Source: Octopus sinensis
Taxonomy: Eukaryota
Direction of reading: 5' to 3'
DNA: 64,000 bases
Assembly: GCF_006345805.1 (NCBI RefSeq)
Contig: NC_043007.1
Span: 28,830,001 to 28,894,000 of the forward strand
Shown here: piece after piece, positions 52,845 to 64,000 of the stretch
Position numbering within the stretch: position 1 is the stretch's first letter
Layout of the letters: the number at the start of each line of letters is the position of its first letter
Translations under genes and position numbers: made by a program
The notes under the pieces: model-generated
Seen by the model: only the letters and a program-made list of their open reading frames with translations
The model's database searches: none
What the model was told of the DNA's origin: nothing

Positions 52845-54107
52845 TTGGGTCATCCCATAAATACTGCAGTTTTTTCAATTGCATGAACTAAAAGTTGGAG
52901 GGGGATGGGATAAACTACCTGCATCAACTTGCTATAAAAGTAGGTAGTAATTTTACCTTGTATTTATTCTTAGTGCAAGTTTTGGAGAGTGCAGTTCGAT
53001 TTTAAGTTATTTTTTTTCAAAGCTATAATGGAAGTGACAAAGGAGCATATTCAGCATATTTTGCATTATGAGTTCAATAAAGGCAACAGTGCAACAGAAG
53101 GTGCAAGGAGTATTAATGTAGTATAACGGGATAGGACAATAAATGGAAGTCGGTGCCAACGGTGGTTCCAGAAATTCTGAGCCAGAAACTACAGCCTAGA
53201 AGATGACCCTCATCATGGAAGACCTGTAGAGCTTGACAAGGACAGCTAGCAAACCCTGGTGAAACAAAATCCCATTGTAACTGTTGAGGAACTAGCAGAG
53301 AAGCTTGGATTTGGTCACTCAACCATTCATTGACACCTGTATGCTATCAGAAAAGTCAGCAAATTGGGTCAATGGGTTCCTCACAAACCTTCTGAGTCTA
53401 ATCATGTGCAGATAGTGAATATGTGCTCTTCTTTGCTGCCACATCTCATGAATGAACCTTTTTTGGACCCAATAGTGACTGGTGACGAGAAATGGGTTCT
53501 CTATAAAAATGTCAAGCAGCAAAGACAGTGGGTAGGGAAAGGAGAAACACTGGCACCCCAGGCTAAAGGAGATCTTCATCCACATAAGGAGTTGTTAACT
53601 GTTTGGTGGGATATGAAAGGTTTAGTCTACTTTGAACTTTTAAAGCCAAACCAAATGATAACAAAGGAGATCTATTGTGAGCCGCTTCATTGCTAGAAGT
53701 AAAACGACCATCTTTGGTTTCATGACGAAAGGTGTTCTTCCATCAGGATAATGCTTGGCCCCATACAGTGAGGATGACATCCCAAAGACTGGAGCAGTTT
53801 GAATGGGAAATGATACCTCACCCACACTATTCACTGGACATTGTCCCATCTGATTATCATTTATATCGCAGTCATCAAAATCATTTGGACGGAAAAAATA
53901 TGAATTCTGTAGATCAGTACTGGAGAAGTATTTTTCATTATGGCCAAGTGAATTTTGGAAGAGGGGCCTTGAAAGTCTATCAGATAGATGGAAGAGTATT
54001 GTAGAAAATGAAGGAGAGTATATTTTCAATTAAAAAAGAATTTTGCTTATCTCTTTTTGAAAAATAAAGAAGTATAAAAAAACTGCATTATTTATGGGAT
54101 GATCCAA
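52845..54107 (+). mobile_element. Full-length mariner (DD34D) transposon, dead copy 2 of the same family
   Basis: TA TSD at 52843-44 and 54108-09; TIRs TTGGGTCATCCCATAAATA / TATTTATGGGATGATCCAA; ATG at 53028; 34 residues between QD and SD. Confidence 0.95.
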
Positions 54108-54151
54108 TATGTTGTGTGTGTGTGTGTGAGAGAGGGAGAGGGAGAGAGAGA

Positions 54152-54200
<49 letters not shown>

Positions 54201-56556
54201 CTGTTGATTGAAAGAAGCAACAATTTATATCACTCTTATGTCATCAAGACCGGAGAAGAGATAAATAATAATAAATTCAGTCATATGACAACTGCAATAT
54301 TTTAGTCGGTCGATACAAGAATCACAATAACTATTATTCTTTGGGTTTTATTTTTATTCTCAATCCATTTAATTCATTTCAGCATGGTTTGTATTATTTT
54401 CAACATGTTTGAATGAAAGTCAGATAAATTTATGATCTTTTTTTACTAAATTAAGAGGTTTGTTCTGGCTGTATTATATAATAACTTCATTATTGCAGAG
54501 ATAATTTTAAGTATGAAAGAAGCATTTGAACAGAGTAACACTGGTCTGTTTGTTTGTGGTTCAGTAAAAGTGAAGTAATATTTTGTGAGGTTAGCACCAA
54601 CATTTTTAATGTTGTAACTCATAAATCTACGTAGAAATAATTATGCAGTGAGGAAAAGACAACATTAGCTCAATGATTAATATTGGTTTCTAATTTTGGC
54701 ACAAGGCCAGCAATTTTGGCAGAGTGTGGTGGTGGTGATGGTGGGGGGGGTTAGTTGATTACATTGACCCCAGTGCTTATTTTATTGATCTGAAAGACAT
54801 AAAAGGTAAAATTGACTTTGATGGGATTTGAACTCAGAACGAAATACTGCTAAAAAATTTGAGCTCAATGATGAATATTATTTAAATCTTTTTAGCAAGT
54901 AAAGGAGACATTTGTGGACATGCTCAGTCTTCTTTCAGCAAAGATTAAACCCTAAACGACCCACTGAAGTTGTGATGAATCACTAATTAAAGCGAGTGAA
55001 CATGGGTGGGGCCAGGGGGTAGATGTGTAAGTTGTAGAGGAAAGGTTTGTCAGATTGCGTGAGGGGCTGGGTACATAGATATAAATGACTTGCTTTTGTA
55101 GCCTTGATTTTCAGTTAAGTGGATGGGTCTTCTCAAGCACAGCAAATCACCCATCATCTCTGATGTGATGCTCAGCATTTGAAGATAGCTTTTCATCATT
55201 TCATCCCTCGCCTTCCACAGGACACCTCCTCATTTAGAGATCGGCTCACCATACGGCTATCTTCATTCATATGCCTCACATGACCATACAGTTCAGTCTT
55301 TTTCCTTGCAGGTTACACATCATGTCTCTAATACCCAATTTTTTCTCAACTCATTTACACAGATTGACAAGCAAAAAATAGGGATGAGAGTAGTTAAGTC
55401 TCTGAGAAAATACATTGAAACGTGAATAGTTATATTCCGTATTCAGGAGAAGGGACAAAGTGGTGACAACTGATATCAGAGTTCAATATTTTATACTTGT
55501 CAGTTAGCAAGTGAATAACCGAATGAGCTAATGTCCAACATGCAGGGACTTTTACAAGAAAAAGGGATGCTAGAGACAAGAAAAAGGCAGGTGTGAAAAA
55601 ATTTCATCAAGCTGGTCAGTGAGTTAACATAGAAGTCTTGCCAAGGACAATGGATGACACGCTGGGTATTTTATATTGTAAACCACTTAAATGTATGCAA
55701 ACACATACTTTAGTTAAAAACACATAAATTGTGAGATAATACATTCTAAAATAGGCTGAGTGGAATTATGAGTGAATGGATTAAGCAAGGCTTTTATGAG
55801 TGGACCTGTTGTGTGTGTGTGTGTGTGTGTGTACGTGTGTGTGTGTGTGTGTGTGCGTGCATGAGTGTATACTTATGTGTGCATGTGCATATACCCAAGT
55901 CAAAGATCAAAACTATATTCTTTCTGTGATAAAATTTAGTTGGTATTTATTGAAAGATGTTTATGAATAAAAAAAGAGACCTTATATTGGGAGACAAACC
56001 CATAAATATGGTGGGAGTTGAATAAAATTAGCAATAAGAAGCACCTGCATTCTTTTTTAATAAAGTCCGCTTCTTCCCCACCACTGTGTATCTCTCTGTG
56101 TTTCTTCCTCAGTATCCTCCTATAATTTAAATATTAACATTTATTTTCACTCCAAAAATAAACATCTCCAAAGGAAATTCAAAGCAAACACCCTACCCAT
56201 ATCCCACAGCACAACAACTCCACTACAGCTGCACCAGACAGCATTACATCTGTGACCCACCACCATCCAAGACAGCAGCAGAAATTGTGCCATTGTAATG
56301 TTGTAATGTTCCTTCAATGTCAGAAACCACATTTAATTGGTAGAAGACTTTCTGTTATTGGAGTTGTTTGGAACTGTCACAGCCAGAATTCATTAGCAAT
56401 GGTTTGGCAAAGTTTGGCATTAAATACTGTCAGAAGAACAATAGGAAAATCTCTGAGACTTACAGTCAGAATTCATTACCAAACTCTGTACAACACCTGC
56501 TACACTTTGTTAGAATTTTGATAGAGAATGGTTGGGGTGAGGGGGAAGGAAAATAG

Positions 56557-56595
<39 letters not shown>

Positions 56596-56824
56596 GCACA
56601 TACTAAGATAGGTCTGTATCCATGCAGAAACACTCATACATTTGTGTATATGCAAATAGGTAGGAATTCATGGCTACCTACATTCTGTGATAGATGACAC
56701 CATGTGTCAGAGATACCAAATCTAGAGGTTTGGCAATTTATGCTTTAGTCATTTTGACAAATAAATATGTTAATACAAACATATACACATCTGCCTTCCA
56801 ACCCTATATATGTGTGCGTATACA

Positions 56825-56864
<40 letters not shown>

Positions 56865-57339
56865 TATAATGAAAACACAACTAAGTTCTAATTTGATCTT
56901 CTTATTCGGGTGTTTTCTTATCTACATATCAGACCTTTATAGTTCTTCATCTCGTGTTTCATTTATGAAAGAGAATCTAAATGCTCTCCTCCACAGAGAT
57001 TCTACCCCAGACACTTTGCAGATTTGTAGCCATTCACTATCTCTGTGTTGTTATATGCATTTGTTTGTATCTTTTGTGTAAACTGACATAATGATTCTAT
57101 TCTTTATTTTATCAGAATATCTATGTTTAAAAATGAAGTTGTATTAACATCGTTTTGGAAGTTATATTTTAGTAATGAGTTGTTCTATTACACACATGTT
57201 ACATACAAAAGTGTATTTTATGAATCAAATGTATGCCAGGTATAGAACAGATAAACTCTTAATCAAAAATTACATAAAATAAAACACATGTGTATCACAA
57301 CACAAGCTGATACTAGCAATAAGTAAAAATCAAAAACCT

Positions 57340-58499
57340 CATTATTAAAAACACTTCACAAACTTTTAAATCTGAGAACAAACTTAGAATGACCGATATA
57401 ATTTATAGATTTGATTGCAGAAGTTCCTGATTCTGTTGCATTTCTGTTCTCTTGAAATCCTTCTTTTGTATAGGCTCACATTGTGTTTAAAATAAGGAGC
57501 AATTAGAACACACTACATCACATACCATAAAAGAAAGTGAGATTGAAAACGATCAAGAAAATACATCAACACTCTATAGACTTGCCCACAGGAATAACTG
57601 ATGATAGGAAGTCATAGCACAAACCTCCAATTAACATACAACATACACACATCACAAATATAAATCTGATGACATTGAACACAAACAGTTTATCAGTGAA
57701 TTTCTGGTAGGAAAGTCTGTTTTAGCATAAGTTATCAACTGTAAAAGGAACAGTGGAGAAGCCAACACAATAGCTTGAAGATGTAGAGGTGATAGCCTGG
57801 AAACATTGTAAAAGATCTATTTAGGAATCTCGTTCCTAATGAACTACAATAGTCTGGTACACAGATACAAAAATAAAGAACTAAAAAAGATTAAATTAGA
57901 ACATAGTTGTATCTTTAATGACATGTCTAAAAGAAAAGCTGTATATATATATACATGCTAGCATGGAAAGCGGACGTTAAATGACGATGATGATGATATA
58001 TATATATATGGAACTAGAAGTCCAATATGTAGAATAACTGTGTTTGTTAATGTATATTGATATATTTTGTTTATTTTGTATTATTGTATTAATGAGTATA
58101 TATATATATATATATATGTGTAGTATTATGAGTGTCTATGCACACATTTTTATATTTCATATTTTTGTATTTATATGTAAAAAAATTTTATCACACTTAT
58201 AATAAATTAAATTCTCTGAAGAGGCCATGGGACATCCTTGTTAATGTCTCATTTATACCTGCCTTATATGGCTTATAGGTTAAATGAGGCATACTTGTCC
58301 TCATGGCCGAAACAGCTGTCAGATATGATATAATTATATATTATATTTTATATTTCTATTTCCTTGTCTAATTATATTTACAATATATTTTGTATAATGC
58401 CTTTGCTGTTATGTAATGGTGTAATAAAGTATTGATTGGGTATCATCTGATGGTTGATGTTTGATTGATTTAAGTATGTTTCTCCATTTTCTAATTTTG

Positions 58500-58532
<33 letters not shown>

Positions 58533-58645
58533 AGATAGGGGTTGTAAATTCAACCCTCCATGGGATAACATATATCCAATATTATGATTCGGTACTATCT
58601 GACAGTTGATGATTGATTTAGATATATTTCTCCATTTTCTCATTT

Positions 58646-58680
<35 letters not shown>
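57340..58680 (+). mobile_element. Probable heavily decayed PLE 3' end whose pLTR carries the 58213 hammerhead
   Basis: Faint GIY-YIG-like relics (TFKSENKLRMTDIIYRFDC; CIGSH..LEH; EDVEVIA..KRSI*ES) lie about 400-850 nt upstream of the ribozyme on the same strand. The recognition is weak. Confidence 0.35.
58213..58323 (+). ncRNA. Hammerhead ribozyme (type I, palindromic stem III, 86-nt stem II)
   Basis: Stem I TCT/AGA; CTGAAGA 58216-22; stem II closed by GGCCATG/CATGGCC; GAAA 58309-12; palindrome ACAGCTGT 58312-19; GUC cleavage triplet 58318-20. Confidence 0.85.
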
Positions 58681-58681
<1 letters not shown>

Positions 58682-58705
58682 TTTGTATGATTGTGTATAG
58701 AAGAA

Positions 58706-59259
58706 TATATTAATCAATGAAATTCCAACTTAGTCTGGTTTTCACATTTTATTATTTACAATTTTACAATATTGAAATAAACTAGTACTTTCATGTATTA
58801 TGCAATCATCAGGATCATGTAGTGACATTTGTGTTCCACAATTGACAACTATAGTGAAATAGTTAGATGTGTCCTTTAAAAGTACCATCCAATGGGCTCC
58901 AGCAGGCTGAATCTTATGAACTGTATTTCAACCAATCAGTATGTGGCTTAGATGTCACGGTTTGGTGAGTGTGCCAATTTGGTTAGTATTTATCCTACTT
59001 TTTTCAACGAAATATTTCAGTCAATTGGAGTGTGGCTTGAACATCATGGTTTGGTGGGCAGATCAAGGATTCTTCACTTTGACCGAACCTAAAGGAATAA
59101 TTGTTTGGCTACATTTTGAAATGTTGTAAACAACACTCCTGTTTTCATTGAATTCTATTGTTACAAATTTCCAGAGAGTCAATGTTGATATGGTTAACAC
59201 TACCACTATCATCCTCATCATCATCACCTTTATTATTGTTGTTGCTAGAGGTGGCAGTG

Positions 59260-59292
<33 letters not shown>

Positions 59293-60397
59293 ATAGCATT
59301 ATTATCATCATTACAGTTATCACCATTACTATAACTGTTATTATTATCGTACATTTAAAAGAGGTTTGAATTTATCAATAACATTTTTTCTTTCACTTTT
59401 CTCTTCATTTCACTTGAGTTGTGTAGTTTGTAGAATTGGTATATTATAAACTTTTTCTAACTACGTGTTGCCAGATGATTGCTTAAAGGGACCTGATGAA
59501 CATCAGGGTCCCTAATTTGCTGTCGATGCACATAGGAATGTTCTGACAATGCATTCCCAGTTTAACCAATGCATATTTCTTCACAATTTAGACATTTGAT
59601 GCAGTAAATTGCATTTCTGTTTTGCAATTCATATTTACTTTTGCAAATATTCTTCTGGTTTTTATGTTCCTATATTCACTGGCAAATATGAACTGATCAT
59701 GTACCACATCAATTATCCCTGCAATTAGATACAATGAATGATTCATCATTTTTGTTTTGATCAAACTTTGCCTTTGTCAATAACTGCTTCAAGTTTTATG
59801 GCTGTCTTTTGGAATCGTAGCTCAATCTGTGATTATACCTTTGAATTCATTACTTTAAGCAATGATTCGCTAGTTTGCTTTGGCAATGCAAAAGATATTT
59901 TAGGGACATGGATTGTATATCACTATAAATGGTATGACCTGTTTTCGTTTTCCTCTTTTTTGTTTTTTGGGTTGCCCTAAGTTGTTGTATAGGTATTTCT
60001 ATAACATACTGTATACCATTTTCTATAAGTAGAGATGAGTATTTTTGTTTTAGTAGAAATTCTTTGAGTTTCGTAAGGCATTTGTTTCTAATATTTACAT
60101 CTTCTATAATGGTACAAATTTTTCTAACTAAAATATCTCATTGGAAAAAGCAGGATAAATGCTAACCATGACATCTAAGCCACATACTGATTGGTGAAGA
60201 TATAGTTTGTAAAACCCATCGGAAGGTACTTAAAGCACACATCTAACTATTTCACTATAGTTGTCAATTGTGGAACACAAATGTCACTACATGATCCTGA
60301 TGATTGCATAATACATGAAAGAACTGGTTTATTTCAATACTGTAAATAATAAAATGTGAAAATCAGACTAAGTTGGAATTTCATTGATTAATACATA
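58706..60397 (-). mobile_element. Penelope-like element fragment with inverted terminal (pLTR) repeats
   Basis: Inverted arms at about 58706-59025 and 60125-60397. The minus strand between them encodes a decayed thumb/linker/GIY-YIG region (FLLKQKYSSLLIENGI..SKRQP*NLKQLLTKAKF..CIKCLNCEEICIG*TGNALSE..HRQQIRDPDVHQVPLSNHL). Confidence 0.88.
58777..58818 (-). ncRNA. Minimal hammerhead ribozyme motif in the PLE terminal repeat
   Basis: Minus strand reads ATGATC-CTGATGA-TTGCATAATACAT-GAA-AGTACT-A-GTTTAT. The core is intact, stem III is the palindrome AGTACT, the triplet is CUA, and stems I and II are imperfect. An inverted copy at 60291-60332 is mutated in stem III. Confidence 0.6.
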
Positions 60398-61046
60398 TCA
60401 TCATTATCATCATCATTTAACGTCCGTTTTCCATGCTAGCATGGGTTGGACAGTTCGACTAGGGTCTGGTAAGCTATGGAGGCTGCACCAGGCTCTAGTC
60501 TAATCTGGCAGTGTTTCTACAGCTGGATGCCCTTCCTAACGCCAACCACTCCGTAAGTGTAGTGGGTGTTTTTTACATGCCACTGGGCACAAGGGCCAGA
60601 GCAGGCTGGCAAACGGCCACGATCGGTTGGTGCTTTTATGTGTCACTGACACGGACGCCAGTCAGGTGGCGCTGGCATCTGCCACGTTTGGACGATGCCT
60701 TTTACATGTCACCGGCATGGGTGTCTTAACTACAATTTTCATTTGAATTTTTATTTTGATGTTGATGAACTTGACACAATAGGTCTCCTCAAGCACAGCA
60801 GGCCGTCCTGCAAGCCATGAACTCACTTAATATATATATTAAAGTTTATTTGCCAACATAATGTGGCAGTCCTGAATAAGACTATGTTACTACTTTTTAA
60901 CCCCAGGAAACACCCTTTCCAGCTGTCAGTTCATGCATGCATGCATACATACATACATACATACATACACACACACAACAACCACACACACACACACACA
61001 ACACACACAAAACATACTACATACATAATACATACATACATACATA

Positions 61047-61925
61047 CAGGGTGCGGTGAATAAATTGTCATCTAAATTATGCAAAAATGAAAATAACACA
61101 GACATCTTATTTTAACATATATTTACCAAAATTCCATTAAAATATCTTGAAATACTAAAGAGTAAATTCATTCAATAAAATTGTCATTAGCTTCAACCAT
61201 GGCTTCCAGACAACTTCAGAATCTCTTGCAACTCTTTTGGAATGTCTCCTTGTTTAGGTTGGTGAATACTGCCGTAATCCTTGCCTTCATTTCATCTTTG
61301 GTATTACAAGGAGTTTTGTTGGTCTCTTGCTCAACTGTGCCTCACATGTATTAATCAAGGGGACTGCAGTCTGGGGAGTTAGGTGGCCAGATGTTAGGGG
61401 TGATGTGGTTGTAGAAATTGTCTGACAGCCATGCTTGGGTTATCCTGCTTGTGTGGCATGATGCAGAGTCCTGTTGCTAGATATAGGGTCTTCCAGCAGC
61501 CACCCTCTTAACCCAGGGCAGCACTATCTCCTCCAGGAATTTGATGTAAGCCTCTGTGTTGAGTAAGAGGCCATGTGGGAAGATGAATGGAAGCATAACA
61601 TTGCCATCACTAGTGATCACTCCAAACACCATGATGTTGACTGGATGTTTGATTTTTATCATGTTCTCAGATTGCACTGTACCCAGATCGACACCCAAAC
61701 ATTCTGAAATATTCATATTGGAGCTTCCAGCATGAATGCTAAGCAGTACTGCATGTTGTTTCCAAATTTCTGGCAGAATGAATTGCATCATGGTACTGTT
61801 TTTTCTCAGACTTCTCAGATGGAACCCAATTCACTCTACTGTGTAGTCAACAAAATCAAAATCAATCAATCTGAATGTGCAAAATTAAAAATATGAAATG
61901 GCAATAATTTACCCATCACACCCTA
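61047..61925 (-). mobile_element. maT-type (DD37D) Tc1/mariner element, internally deleted
   Basis: TA followed by TIR CAGGGTG..., with ..CACCCT at the right end. The minus strand reads MVFGVITSDG..*QQDSASCH..WPPNSPDCSPLD, with 37 residues between the two Asp. Its 879 bp are too short for a full transposase. Confidence 0.88.
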
Positions 61926-62299
61926 TGTGTGTGTGTGTGTGTGTGTGTTGAAATGATATAAATTTTCACATGAGTAAATTTTTACAAAAAACAAAAAGAA
62001 AATGATTTCAGAACTTCATTATTTTTATTTCCTACAAAGGAAACAAAGCACCAACACCAAATAGTTTTTGTGAGAAAAACATGTGAACTCTCAGAAGTGA
62101 TATCATGAAAAATTAATTTCATTCATTGCAGTTTATTTCAACTTCTTTTTATTTCAGCATGACTAAATTGTCATTTTAAAGTGATTGAAGCCAGTAGCAT
62201 ATTTTGGTAAAAATCTAAATACTTTTATCTATGATAAAGTTCTCAAATCATATTTTTTCTCTTTGTTTACATCCAACTGGAAATTTGGAAACACAGATG

Positions 62300-62570
62300 A
62301 AGAACAAAGATAGTTTTGTCATACAGGTGGATTAAATGGTTCAGTGGAATACCTTCCTGCTTCATGGGACTGCATACCACTAAAGATTTTGTATGGAGAT
62401 ACTTAAAAGATAGAATTAATGGTAGAAAACCAGCAGCAGTTTATGGATTAAAGGAAACTGTCAAATATGGCTGCACACAAATACCAAACAGAATGATTCT
62501 TGAGGTTTGCAATTCCATTGTTTGGTGTTATTAGCAAAACTTGGACCAGAATGATCATCAGCTCGAAAAC
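62300..62570 (+). mobile_element. Tc1/mariner-superfamily transposase C-terminal relic
   Basis: DFVWRYLKDRINGRKP..LKETVK..IPNRMILEVCNSI..DQNDHQLE resembles the helices after the third catalytic Asp. Confidence 0.55.
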
Positions 62571-62585
62571 AAAAGCAGCAGCCAC

Positions 62586-62654
<69 letters not shown>

Positions 62655-64000
62655 CATCATCATCATCGTTTAGCGTCTGGTTTCCATGCTAGCATGGGTT
62701 GGACAGTTCAACTGGGGTCTGGGAAGCCAGAAGGCTGCACGAGGCCCAGTCTGATCCGGCAATGTTTTTACGGCTGGATGCCCTTCCTAACGCCAACCAC
62801 TCCGTGAGTGTAGTGGGTGCTTTTTACGTGCCAGACGAGGCTGGCAAACGGCCACGATCGGATGGTGCTTTTTACATGCTACCGGCATGGAGGCCAGTCG
62901 GGGCAGCGCTGGCAACAGCCACTTGGATGCTTCTCTTATGTGCCACCAGCACTGGTATCACAGCTACAATTTCCATTGATGTTGATCGATTTCAATTTTC
63001 ACTTGCCTCAACAGGTCTTCGCAAGTAGAGTTTTGTGTCCCAAGAAGGAAAGGTAGGCATAAGTGGACTGGCTACATCCCAGGTAGAGGCCATGGTTATG
63101 GTCTCACTTGTCCTGCCAGGTCTTCTCACGCACAGCATACTTCCAAAGGTCTCGGTCTCTAGTCATTTCCTCGGTGAGACCTAAAGTTCGAAGGTCGTGC
63201 TTCACCACCTCGTCCCAGGTTTTCCTGGGTCTACCTCTTCCACAGGTTCCCTCAACCACTAGGGTGTGGCACTTTTTCACACAACTGTCTTCATCCATTC
63301 TTACCACATGACCATACCAGCGCAAATGTCTCTCTTGCACACCACAACTGATGCTTCTTAGGTCCAATTTTTCTCTCAAGGTACTTACACTCTGTCGAGT
63401 ATGAACACTGACATTACACATCCATCGGAGCATACTGGCTTCATTTCTTGTGAGCTTATGCATATCCTCAGCAGTCGCGGCCCATGTTTCACTGCCATGT
63501 AGCATGGCTGTTCATACACATGCATCATACAGTCTGCCTTTTACTCTGAGCAAGAGGCCTTTTGTCACCGGCAGAGGTAAGAGCTCTCTGAACTTTGCCC
63601 AGGCTATTCTTAAACTTTCAGCACACCCACCCCCGCTACTGACTTGGTCACCTAGGTAACGGAAGCTATCAACTATTTCTAGTTTTTCTCTCTGGAATGT
63701 GGTGGAAGTTGGTCTCTGCGCATTTTCAGTGTTTATTGCTCCTGAGCATCTGCCACATACAAAAACTATCTTCCTAGTTAGCCTTCCTTTGACAGTGCTG
63801 CACTTCTTATGTGTCCATAGCTTACACTTGGTGCATCTTATAGAGTTTCTACCTACGCCTTTTCTACAGATCGAGCAGGGCCATCTACCTGAAGGCGTTT
63901 GTGATTTGTCTACCTTCCTACTTATTAGGACTTTGGTTTTAGCTAGGTTGACTCTAAGGCCCTTCGATTCTAATCCTTGCTTCCACACCTGAAACTTCTC
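62655..64000 (-). mobile_element. RTE-clade LINE 3' part (same family), running off the window end
   Basis: ORFs 63512-63988 and 63104-63505 are near-identical in protein to the 21-22 kb copy; same 3' UTR and (CAT)n at 62655. Confidence 0.95.

Noticed and set aside
59488-59512. GGGACCTGATG-AA-CATCAGGGTCCC hairpin containing CTGATGA
   Set aside because: It lies within GIY-YIG coding sequence and has no GAAA or cleavage triplet, so it is not a ribozyme.
34258-64000. Further upstream LOXHD1-like exons, promoter or tRNA genes
   Set aside because: None were recognisable by eye. The tRNA-like boxes belong to SINE heads. A profile search is needed to exclude decayed exons.

Overview
AT-rich, repeat-saturated animal genomic DNA, most likely octopus (inferred from the RTE LINE, tRNA-SINE, mariner and microsatellite mix). 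The only host gene found is a minus-strand multi-PLAT (LOXHD1-like) gene, which the ORF track mostly misses. Five open exons (23536-23783, 18631-18769, 12217-12371, 10067-10224, 6343-6416) splice in consistent phases into two 387-nt PLAT modules. An upstream single-exon PLAT module (33860-34257) is dead, with three stops and a frameshift, so the PLAT array decays in a 5'-to-3' gradient. The remainder is transposon debris: RTE and R4/Dong-like LINEs, mariner/maT/pogo elements, a copia RT relic, SINEs and several Penelope-like element (PLE) fragments. Main highlights: (1) a complete hammerhead ribozyme core at 58213-58323 with an 86-nt hairpin as stem II, beside a PLE with inverted terminal repeats carrying a second, minimal hammerhead; (2) a 28S rRNA fragment inserted between 20-bp direct repeats next to the apex of a foldback element at about 17.1-17.5 kb; (3) module-by-module decay of the PLAT exons. 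All alignments were made by eye with no database searches, and transposon boundaries are approximate unless TIR/TSD bases are quoted.
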